From Candidatus Versatilivorator sp. (lineage in GTDB: Bacteria; Acidobacteriota; Terriglobia; Versatilivoradales; Versatilivoraceae): 64,000 nucleotides of DNA. The notes under the pieces are model-generated. The model was not told the DNA's origin. It saw nothing but the letters and a program-made list of their open reading frames with translations, and ran no database searches. Each line of letters opens with the position of its first letter. The stretch's first letter is position 1. Made by a program: the position numbers and the translations under genes. Where the stretch lies: NCBI GenBank assembly GCA_965207735.1, contig OZ242296.1, positions 320,001-384,000 on the forward strand, in the 5' to 3' direction. This document shows, in pieces, positions 8,216-17,800 of this stretch.

Positions 8216-10573
8216 TCACTGGTCGGTCTGCTTGGCCATGCGGTAGCCGACCCCGCGCACGTTGTGGATGTAGGCGGGGTCCTGTGGGTCATCGCCGAGC
8301 TTGCGGCGGAGAGTCTTCACGAAGGTGCGCACCAGCCGGGGGTTGGCATATTCCCGGTCTCTCCACACCTGGCGAATCAGGGAATCGTGGGTCGTCACCC
8401 GTCCGGCGTTGATCGACAGGGTGCGGAGCAGATCGTATTCGATGGGCGTCAGTTGGATCGGCTGGCCGGCCACACTCACCTCACGGTCCCGGTAGTCGAT
8501 GGCAAGGTCCCCGAGCCGAAAGGGTTTGGGTGTCGCGGTCCGCTTGCGCAGGACCGCCTGCACCCTCGCCGTCAACTCCTTCGTCGAAAAAGGCTTGACG
8601 ATATAGTCGGCGGCGCCCATCTCCAAGGCCTTGGCAATGGTGTCGTCCCTTCCGTAGCCGGAGATGAAGATGACCGGCAGATCGGCCAGTTCGGGCAGGC
8701 TTTCCATCAACTCGAGGCCATCGGTCCCCGGAAGCACCAGATCCAGCAGGACCAGTTGGGGCCTCTTGGTCTTGATCAGGCGGGCCACCTCCTGAGGGTC
8801 CCCGGTCAGAAGCGGGGAGTAGCCCACGGATGACAAAACGTCCCGAAGGTGGCGGAGCATCAGCGGGTCGTCGTCCACGACCAGGATGCGCGTTCCCTCC
8901 TGTCCTTGTCGGCGCGAGCGCGAGGCGCTCGGAGCCAAGGCATCAGCGGCATGGCTTGCGGCCTCCTCGGCGACGGGAATCGTGAAAGTGAACCGGGCGC
9001 CCAGCCCCGCTCCGCCGCTTTCGGCCCGAATGCGGCCCCCATGGGCTTCCACCAGCCCCTTGCAGATGGCCAGCCCCAGGCCCGATCCCTGGAGCCCGCC
9101 GTCGCCCTCTCCCACACGCGCGTACTTGCGGAACAGGTGCGGCAATTGCTCCGGCGGTATGCCCCGGCCTTCATCGGAGACCGAGATGGCCACCTCAAGC
9201 CCGTCCTGCACGGCTGCGACCCGGATGGGCAGTGCCTCGGGAGAGAGCCTCGCCGCATTGGAGAAGAGGTTGTTGAGGACCTGGACGATGCGGCGCCGGT
9301 CGGCCAGCACCCGGGGGAGGTCCGGCGGCAGGTCGATCAGAAGGGTGTGGCGGGTGCCTCCGCTCAGGAAGGTGCTCCTGGCCTGGTCCACCAGGTCGGT
9401 CACCGCCTCGGGCTCGGTTGTGACCGACAGAGTGCCGGCCTCGATATGGCCCGCATCCAGCAAGTCGCTGATCAACCCCCGCATGTGATCGGCCTGCTGT
9501 TCGATGATACGGAAAAACTGCAGAATCTCGGGCAGGCCCGGGGCGGGAGAAGCATCCAGCACGGTGGTGGCCGAGCCCTTGATGGAACTCAGCGGCACCC
9601 GCAGTTCGTGACTCACCAGGCTCAGGAACTGGGCCCGCAACCGCTCCAGTTCCTCCAGCGGCGCCATGTCCTGCATGGTGACCACCAGCGACTCGGCCGC
9701 GCCGTCCGCGCCATGGATCGAGGTGGCGTTGATCATCGTCGTGACGCTCGTGCCACCCGGGACCTGGATGACGATCTCCTCGGCGCGCACCGATGGGACG
9801 CTTGTCCGAATAAAATCCAGCGGGAATTGGGGAAGGAGAATCTCCCGCCCGTCGGCTCTCCGGACCGTCGCGACTTCCAGCATCTTCTCCGTGGTCAGGC
9901 CCGATGCGTAAAGCCGCCTCCCAATCCGGCTCACCTCCTGATTACACCAGATGGCCCGCCCGGTCCTGGCATCGAAGACGATCACCCCCACCGGCGAGGT
10001 GTCGACCAGGGCCTGCAGGTTGGCCCGCTGCCGCTGCTCCTCCCGGTGCGTCCGGGCGTTGGCGATGGCCGTGGCCGCCTGCGACGCAAACAACACCAGC
10101 ACCTCTTCGTCCTCGCTGGTGAACTCCTGCCCTCCCTTCTTGCCGCCGAGAAAGAAGTTGCCCACCTGCTGGCTCCGGTAACGTATCGGCGTGCCCAGGA
10201 AGTTCTTCGCCGGGATCAACTCCGAAGAATAGCCGAGTGACCGAACCAGAGCGGGCAGGTCTCGGATTCTGAGCGTTTCGGCTGCGTCCCGGAGATGTTC
10301 GAAGAGCTCCGGTCCGTCGGGCCAACTCGCCAATCTCTGATGCTCCTCCGGAGTGAAGCCGGAGCTGACGAAGTCCTGGGGCTGCCCCTTGTCGTCGATG
10401 GTCGTGATCACGCCGTATCGGGCGCCGGTCAGGACGCAGGCGCTGTCGACGACCTCTTGCAGGACGGTGCCGAGATCAAGGCTCGAGCTGATGCGCAGGC
10501 TGGCCGCGCTCAGCCTTGAGATGCGCTCCCGCAGCACCTCGTTCTCTCGCCTCAGTTCCTCGGAACTCTTCAT
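8216..10573 (-). CDS. Soluble fused two-component protein: GAF-PAS-HisKA-HATPase-REC-OmpR/KdpE-type winged helix
   Basis: 785 aa. H-box VSHELRVPL, N-box NLFSNA, G-boxes DEGRGI and GSGLGL, receiver VVDDD...LLDLVLP...DYIVKPF, C-terminal LTPIEYDLL...VRGVGYRM. No transmembrane segment evident. Confidence 0.93.
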   Translation of the reverse strand: MKSSEELRRENEVLRERISRLSAASLRISSSLDLGTVLQEVVDSACVLTGARYGVITTIDDKGQPQDFVSSGFTPEEHQRLASWPDGPELFEHLRDAAETLRIRDLPALVRSLGYSSELIPAKNFLGTPIRYRSQQVGNFFLGGKKGGQEFTSEDEEVLVLFASQAATAIANARTHREEQRQRANLQALVDTSPVGVIVFDARTGRAIWCNQEVSRIGRRLYASGLTTEKMLEVATVRRADGREILLPQFPLDFIRTSVPSVRAEEIVIQVPGGTSVTTMINATSIHGADGAAESLVVTMQDMAPLEELERLRAQFLSLVSHELRVPLSSIKGSATTVLDASPAPGLPEILQFFRIIEQQADHMRGLISDLLDAGHIEAGTLSVTTEPEAVTDLVDQARSTFLSGGTRHTLLIDLPPDLPRVLADRRRIVQVLNNLFSNAARLSPEALPIRVAAVQDGLEVAISVSDEGRGIPPEQLPHLFRKYARVGEGDGGLQGSGLGLAICKGLVEAHGGRIRAESGGAGLGARFTFTIPVAEEAASHAADALAPSASRSRRQGQEGTRILVVDDDPLMLRHLRDVLSSVGYSPLLTGDPQEVARLIKTKRPQLVLLDLVLPGTDGLELMESLPELADLPVIFISGYGRDDTIAKALEMGAADYIVKPFSTKELTARVQAVLRKRTATPKPFRLGDLAIDYRDREVSVAGQPIQLTPIEYDLLRTLSINAGRVTTHDSLIRQVWRDREYANPRLVRTFVKTLRRKLGDDPQDPAYIHNVRGVGYRMAKQTDQ

Positions 10574-10657
10574 TGCCCAACCTCGTCGGACCCTGCAACG
10601 CGAATGGTGAGTCCAGGCAGTGTCGATTATAGCCTATCAGCATATGAACACATAGTG

Positions 10658-10792
10658 AACTCACTCTCAAAGCCCTAAACCTCACTTTAACCTCACGGTG
10701 CCTGTCTATAGTTGGGATTGCTTCCCTGTAATCCAAAGGTGTCCGGTCGGGAGAGACAACGGACCGGAAACGAATAATCGTCCCGAAAGGCG
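10658..10792 (+). promoter_or_regulatory. Conserved upstream element, copy 1: tandem ACCTCAC-N4-ACCTCAC box (10679-10696) 10 bp upstream of a TATAGT -10 (10707-10712)
   Basis: About 135 bp strongly conserved with 14640-14774; 7-4-7 direct repeat with 11-bp period and spacing like an OmpR/PhoB pho box. Confidence 0.7.
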
Positions 10793-11293
10793 AACGGAAT
10801 ACCTTGGCAGGAAGCCGGTGATGTTGTCCTGTCGAATTGTGATTCGTCCGTGTTGCGGAATCTCGGCTTGGGTCCTGTTCTCTTCGGTCCAAGGTTGCAG
10901 ATGGGAGCGAGGACGACGCCTGCCGCGGCAGGCGTCGTTTCCCTTGCCGCCTGGCTCGCTGCCGGCGTCGTCGGCAACTCCGCTCCCGCCTCGGATCCCA
11001 GCGGCGCCTCCACCCTCAGCATCTCGATCTGGGCGCTTCACCGATGGGGAGTAACCCAACGGTCCGCCATAACGGACGAAGAATTCTGCGGCGATAAAGC
11101 GTGGCGGTGACCTCACATCCGAATGGCCCAGCTCACCCCGGACATCTCCTACAAGCAGCTAAAGCGGGTGAGCGACTGGCAGTTGACCGAAGAAGCGCAG
11201 CGGCAAGCGCCTTTCCACGGCGCACTGAGAAACGCGGGCCAGGCCTTCGGCTTCTGGCTCGAGATGGTGCCTTTCGATGAGGGGAGGTAGGCG

Positions 11294-14083
11294 ATGGGAC
11301 GGACGTCGGCCAGATGCCCTGCTTCGTGTGCGGACTCAAGGCGTCCTCACCTGCGGGTAGTCTTAGTGCGCCGTGCAGGGGCTCTGTTTCCGCTTCTTGT
11401 CTCTCCGCTTGTGGCGTTCCTGTTCACGGGCGGGGGAGTGGTCTCCACCCGGACGTCGCAGGTGCTTGGGAGTAACCTCAGGCAGCCCTTCCAAACAGCC
11501 GCCGCCGAGAGCGAGAAGCGCGATCAGGCAGACGAGGAAATGCCCTACGTGCGCGCTGTGCAAATTAGGTCGAGTTCGCAGGAGCGGCGTTCCGGCTACG
11601 GTATAGGAGATGTGGTTTCGGTAGCCGTGACTTTCAGCGAGACGGTGGAGGTGGCGGGGACACCGATCCTTGAACTGCGTGTCGGAAAGGATGAGAAGCA
11701 AGCCATCTACGAAAGCGGATCGGGAACCGCCGAACTTGTGTTCACCTGGGAAGTGGTTGAGGGGGACGAGGACGCCGACGTGATCAGCGTAAACGCGAAC
11801 AGCCTGTCGCTTGCGGATGGGTCGATCCTGGGTGAATCAGGCAATGCTGCTCTACTGGATCACGACAGCTTGGCAGACGATTCTCAGCACAAAGTGGACG
11901 GGATCAGGCCCTTGCTGGCTGACGGCAGGGGAGCGTCGGTCAAGGAGGCCACGCTGATTCTGACCTTTGCGGAGGCGCTCGACGGGTCTTCAGCGCTGGA
12001 GGCTGAGGATTTCAGCGTGAAGGTCGAGGACAAGCACCGGGGCGTCTCAAAGCTGAGGGTCGGTGGGAGGACGGTGAGGCTAAGGCTGGCTTCGGCTGCA
12101 AAAGCCGGCGAGTCGGTGACGGTGGGCTACACCCCGGATACGGAGGCGGAGGCAGAACCTATCCGGGATACGGCAGGCAACGGCGCATCGGGTTTCACCG
12201 AACAAGCAGTTACGAACCAAACCGGCACCAGCGGGCACCGCGCCGGCGGGACGATTCCATTGAGATCCGTACGGCAGATCGAGGCGCTTCTGGCCAAAAA
12301 GGCGGAGCGGACTCCCTCACAGCAAAAGGTAAGTTTCCGACTTCTGGACACCGTGCCCAAGCCGGGGGAGCCGGTTCCCGCGGGAGCACGCAGAGAGGTG
12401 GCGGAGACCGATGCACCGGAAGGACTGGTGACGGTCGATATTCGGGCGAATGTGACGCCTGAGATCCTGAACCGCATCCGGGCGCTGGGGGGGGCGTAGT
12501 CAACAGCGTGCCCAAGTATCGAACCATCCGGGCACAGCTGCCGCCCGGTGCCGTTGAGCCGCTCGCCAGGCTGGATGCAGTCCAAAACATCCGGCCACGC
12601 GACAAGGCTCGAACACGCGCGCAGACATCCCCACTCCCTCCCATCCCGCGTACTGAGGTTCCGGACACTCCGGTGACCAAAAAGGACGACACCTCGGCGG
12701 GGGACACCGCTCACAGGGCGAGCGAGGCGCGCCGGACGCACTCGGTAACTGGAGCCAGCATCGGTATCGGTGTGGTCTCTAACGGCGTCCAGACGCTCGC
12801 CGAGCGACAGACGTCTGGTGACCTTCCGACCCGCGTGAACATCCTGCCGGGGCAAGAGGGAGTCGGAGACGAGGGCACGGCATTGCTTGAGATCGTCCAT
12901 GACCTCGCCCCGGGAGCGGAACTCTACTTTGCGACAGGTTTCGCTGGGCAGGCACAGATGGGGGAGGGCGGGGCTGGCCTACCTGGGAGTAGCCGAGGAG
13001 GAGGGCTTCAGCGAGCCGGTCTATCTGTGCGGGCTCAGGCAGAACAGCCAGGATCGCTCCAACGTCGCCTTCCAGAACATGGGGACCTCAGAAGAGGGAG
13101 CGATCACGTTGAGGACCACGGTGTACTCGGGAGAAGCCGCGGATGCGATGGCCCGGATGCTGGACGATGTGGAACTGGAGCCGGGAGGGTTTCACCAGTA
13201 CTCGGGGCTGCTGGGCAGTGTGGAGAACGGCTACGTGAAGGTGGAGCGTGTGGAGGGAGAGGCGCCCTTCTACGCCTACGGGGTGATCAACGACCAGGGG
13301 AACTCGGACGGGTCGTTCATCTTTCCGGTGACGGCCAGTTCACTGACGGGGACAACCCGACAGACCTTGCCCGTAATTGTGGAGACCGGGGAGTTCAGGA
13401 GCGAGCTGACGGTGACGAACTTCTCCGAGGAGCCCAGGAGGCTGGAATTCGAGTTTGTGGGCGAGCAAGTCAAGACCGACGACAAGACGGCTGCTTTCAG
13501 CATGGAGCTGGAAGGGGGCGAGCAGGCGATCGTGCCCGAGGTGGTGGAGGAGTTGCGGCGCCAGGGAGTGGCGGGGCTGGGTACGACGCGGGGGTTCAAC
13601 GCGGGACCGGTGTTCGTGGTGGCCGAAGAGGGAGACCTGAGCGGGATTGTGATCGGAGCCAGAACGGGTTCGAAGGGAGGGGGCGGGCAATACAGCGTCT
13701 TCTACAACTCGGTGCCGGAAGGAGAGGCCTTCGCGCGGGATGCCTGGGTGGAGGGATTGCAGCAGAACGAGGAGAACCGGAGCAACCTGGCGCTGGTCAA
13801 CACAGGGGAGGTGGACGGCAGCGAGAGCGTCTTCCACCTGGAGATCTACAACGGGGAGACGGGAATGCTGGAGGAGACGGTGGTGACCAAGCCGATCCCG
13901 GCCCGGGGCTGGCATCAGATCGACGGCATCCTGCTGAGAGCCAACCCGGAGACTCGGCAGGGGTATATCCGCATCGAGAAGGTGTCGGGGGAGAACCCGT
14001 TCCTGGCCTACGGGGTGGTCAACGACGGCGGGGCGCCGGGACAACGCAGCGGCGACGGGGCTTACCTGCCGGCGAGGGAGTAG
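11294..14083 (+). pseudogene. Disrupted surface-protein paralog 2: signal peptide, Ig-like/SwmB unit, N-terminal part of an S8/S53-like peptidase, then the common C-terminal module out of frame
   Basis: RBS GGGGAGGT before ATG 11294. Frameshift in G8 at 12487-12494 (ALGG|VVNSVPKY). Peptidase motifs IGIGVVSNG and GDEGTALLEIVHDLAPGAELYFAT break off at about 12960, where the DNA jumps into the shared module (GRAGLAYLGVAEEEG) in another frame. Confidence 0.85.
12961..14083 (+). repeat. C-terminal module repeat, copy 2 (5'-truncated)
   Basis: Colinear with 6989-8111 and 19698-20820. Confidence 0.95.
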
Positions 14084-14229
14084 GGGACCTGCAGGGCTCT
14101 GTTACCGAAGGCAGTTACCCCGTCTTGCCTTCTTTTGGTCCCGAGGGCACAGAGTAGGGCGGTCACCATCAACATGCAGAAGCTGTGGGGGCTGAAGATG
14201 CCGGGAAGCCCCACATCCTTGTGAGCGGC

Positions 14230-14568
14230 ATGAGTGCTACTGATTCGAACAGGGACTTCAGACAACGGCTCCTCGACCTCATCGATAGCTCCGGCGTCTC
14301 CGACCGCCGCATCTCGATGCTTGCCACCGGCAGCACCGATACGGTCCGCAACCTGCGTCGCGGCGCCATTCCCCGTCTGGACACTCTCGAGGCCGTCTGC
14401 CGCACCCTCGGCTACCGGCTTGAGATAGTGCCTGTCGATGAACCGGGCAAGCCACTTGAGAAGCGCCCCGAATGGGTCGCCAGGCTGCGGGAGGAAATCC
14501 GCCGGGACCTCGTCGAGGCCCTCGGGAGGATCGGCACAGGGGACCCCTGGTCGAACAGAGCGGAGTAG
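14230..14568 (+). CDS. XRE/Cro-CI family helix-turn-helix regulator
   Basis: SDRRISMLATGSTDTVRNLRRGAIPRLDTLEAVCRTLG fits the HTH_XRE pattern; start at ATG 14230 is a guess. Confidence 0.75.
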   Translation: MSATDSNRDFRQRLLDLIDSSGVSDRRISMLATGSTDTVRNLRRGAIPRLDTLEAVCRTLGYRLEIVPVDEPGKPLEKRPEWVARLREEIRRDLVEALGRIGTGDPWSNRAE

Positions 14569-14588
14569 GACCCCCCGTTGCGGGACTG

Positions 14589-14609
14589 GTGGGTCCAAGC
14601 AGGACCCAC
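14589..14609. promoter_or_regulatory. Perfect palindrome GTGGGTCC-N5-GGACCCAC (possible operator or hairpin)
   Basis: 8-bp inverted repeat between the XRE gene and promoter copy 2. Confidence 0.4.
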
Positions 14610-14639
14610 GATAGTTTCTCCGCGCAGGAATTCACCTAC

Positions 14640-14795
14640 AACTCACTCTGGAACCCCTAAGCCTCATTTTAACCTCACGGTGCCTGTCTATAGTTGGGAT
14701 CGCTTTCCTGAAATCCAAAGGCTCCCGATTGGGCGAGACCACGGACCGGAAACGAATAATCGTCTCGAAAGGCGTCATCTTCCTGGCCGCCTGGC
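14640..14795 (+). promoter_or_regulatory. Conserved upstream element, copy 2: GCCTCAT-N4-ACCTCAC (14661-14678) 10 bp upstream of TATAGT (14689-14694)
   Basis: Homologous to 10658-10792 plus about 10931-10965; precedes surface-protein paralog 3. Confidence 0.7.
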
Positions 14796-14865
14796 TCGCT
14801 GCCGTTGCCGGCGACGTCCCCATCGACGTTAGTCGCGGCATCGTTGAAGAAAACGGAGAAACCCA

Positions 14866-17800
14866 TTGCCGCCCCTACATAGGAATGAAGGCAGTTTGCG
14901 GCTCGCTTCCACCCTGTCATCCGCAAACCTCCCAACACCTGCGCTCGGAATCCGGTTCGCCGGGGTCCTGCTGGTCCTCGCCGCGCTCCTCGCCCTGCCC
15001 GTCCCTACAAAAGCCCAGACCGAGGATACGGTTCGCCCCACGTTGGTGAGCGCAAGGACCGACGGCAGCAATATCATTCTTACCTTCAGCGAAGAAGTCT
15101 TCCTCAGTCCGCTGGTGAGATACGTCCAGGAACTCTACAACGTTCCTTTCAACTACTTCGTGAGACCGGTTTTCGATGTGACCATCAACGGCCATCAAGC
15201 TTTTCTAAACGATGGATACAGTCTGTCCGGCACCGAGCTCACGTTATTTTCGGCCTATACCATCTATAGCGACGATGAGGTGCGAATCGCCTATAACAAC
15301 ATCTTTGCCCAGAACGCAGGCGGGGTTTTCGTTGACGCCGCCGGGAACACGGTTCCTTACTTCTCCTCGACGACGGTGCAGAACAACGCGGAGTCCGGGA
15401 CCTCCAGTGTGACCGCCGGGCTGGTCTTGAACACGGGGGAGACGGACCCCAGTGAGATCACGATCGAAGAAGGCAGTAGCGGGACGTTCACGATCGCCCT
15501 GGCGTCGCAGCCTTCGGAGGATGTGACGGTAAAGGTCAGTGCATTTATTGGAGTGCGGATATCAACCGACGAATTGACGTTCACACCGGAAGACTGGGAT
15601 ACGCCCCAGACTGTGACGATATTCACCACCAGCGACGGTGATTCTATCGATGCCTGGGCGATAGTGTGGAGTTTCATCGACGGTGATTCCCACTCGTTCA
15701 GGTTTGTCAAGATACTCGTGGATGACCAGGACACGCCACTCGTTGTATCTGGAGGCGCCTCGACGGATTACGCTGAGAACGACACCTCTGCGGTGGCCAC
15801 TTACTCGGTGGCCGACGGGGGAACTGAGACTGTTTTCTGGCGACTACTCGGACACGACAAGAGCGCCTTCTCCCTCAGCCAAGCCGGCGAGCTCACCTTC
15901 AAAACCCCACCCGACTACGAGAGTCCGGCGGACTCAAGCGGCGACAACCTCTACCAGGTGACGATACACGCCTCAAAGGGCTCGTCCACAGGCGCGCTGC
16001 TGGACGTGGCGGTCAACGTCACGGACGTCGAGCCGCCGTCCGCACCCGATGCGCCGACGGTGTCGTTGATCCCGGGCGTCCCCGACAGTCTGGACGTGAG
16101 CTGGGATGCGCCGGACAACACCGACAGCTACGATCTGCAGTACCGGGAGGCCGCAGGCGGCAGCTGGAACGACGGGACGCAGAACCAGACCGGCACCAGC
16201 GCGACGATCACGGGACTGGACGGCGACACCTCTTACCAAGTGCAGGTGCGGGCGAGCAACGACGAGGGAGACAGTCCGTGGTCGGACGCGGGCACCGGAC
16301 AGACCTACGCGCCCCCGACGGTAAGTTCTTTGGCCATCAGCTCAGATCCTGGGACGGACCGGACCTACGCCTTGGGAGACGAGATCCAGGTGACGGTGAC
16401 CTTCAGCGAGACGGTGGAAGTAACGGGGACTCCGCAGTTGAGGCTGGAGCTTGGGGGAGGGAGGCGAACGGCGGCCTACGAGGGAGGATCGGGATCAGTG
16501 GACCTGGTCTTTGCCTACGAGGTGGCCGACGGAGACAGCGACATGGCCGACGGGGTGGGCGTCGAGGCGGACAGCCTGTCGCTGAACGGGGGGACGATCA
16601 GGGACACCTCGGATAATCCGGCAGGGTTGGATCATGATGGGCTGACAGCTAATGCGAGCCACAAGGTCGATGGGGTCAGGCCGGAACTGGCCTCGGCAGG
16701 CGGTGCGGTTGCCACCGGGACGACGTTGAGGCTGACCTACGATGAGTTGCTGGACGGGAGTTCAACGCCTGAGAGTGGAGACTTTACGATGTCGGGAGGC
16801 GACCATGCGCGGATGGTCACCGGTGTGGGGTTGAGCGGCAGCACGGTGGTGCTGACGCTGGATGTGGGGGCCGAACACGGCGAGGCGGGGATCCGGGTGA
16901 GCTACACGCCGGGAACGAACCCTCTCAGGGACGTGGCGGGCAACGAGGCAGCAGCACTGAGCCTCAAGTCGGTGACCAATGAGACGCCGGACCCGACCGC
17001 GCCGCTGACACTTGAGACGATGACCATGGAAGAGGCTCCGGTGTCGGGTCCTTTCGCGGTGCGGTTCAGCTTTTCCGAGGAAGTGACGGTCTTCAGCGGG
17101 AGCGAGATCGAGACGGGTCAGGACCCGATGTGCAGGGACGAACTGAACAACACGGTGTTTTGCGACCCGGGGATCGGAGGACTGCAGACGGGTGACAACC
17201 GGGTATTCACCACCACGGTGACTCCGAGCATCGACCGGGTGGACCACAGCTACACGTTGACATTGACGGTACCAGGGGACGCCGTGAGGTCCTCGGTGGG
17301 GAACAAACCGAACGAGAAGGGGATGCTGGAAGTGCGGGTGTCGCCGCCGGGAGCGCCCGAGCCGATCTCGACTTTGAGTCTTGCGGCCAACGGGAGCAAC
17401 GAATCGGTGAGGATGAGCTGGAACCGACCGTCTGACAACGGAGGCTCTCCCATCATCCGCTACGAGTACCGGTACGCGGCCATTGGGGAGGCGTGGAGCG
17501 AGTGGGAGAACGTGGGAGCGGGGTCGAGCGGGGTGACGGTGGGAGGCCTGATCAACGGCCGGGAATATGTCATCGAGGCGCGGGCGGTCAATGCTCTGGG
17601 CAAGGGCGGGGTAGAGACGGTGATGGCCACTCCGGTGGCTGGTGGCGGCAATGGTAGCGGAGGAGGAGGCGGAGGAGGAGGTGGTGGTGGCCTGCTGTTT
17701 GCGCCGGAGGCGCCGGCAGTCCTGACGGCGACACCCGGGGACGGGGCGGTGCGGTTGGGGTGGAGCCCGCCGGCAAGCGACGGGGGCGCCGAGATCCTGC

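Noticed and set aside
10713-10800. c-di-GMP-I or another known riboswitch in the conserved leader
   Set aside because: GAAA-containing hairpins are present but I could not match a known consensus; kept only as an unknown leader
12508-14157. 549-aa ORF as a real protein
   Set aside because: Only the first ~150 aa (protease fragment) are meaningful; the rest reads the shared C-terminal module out of frame
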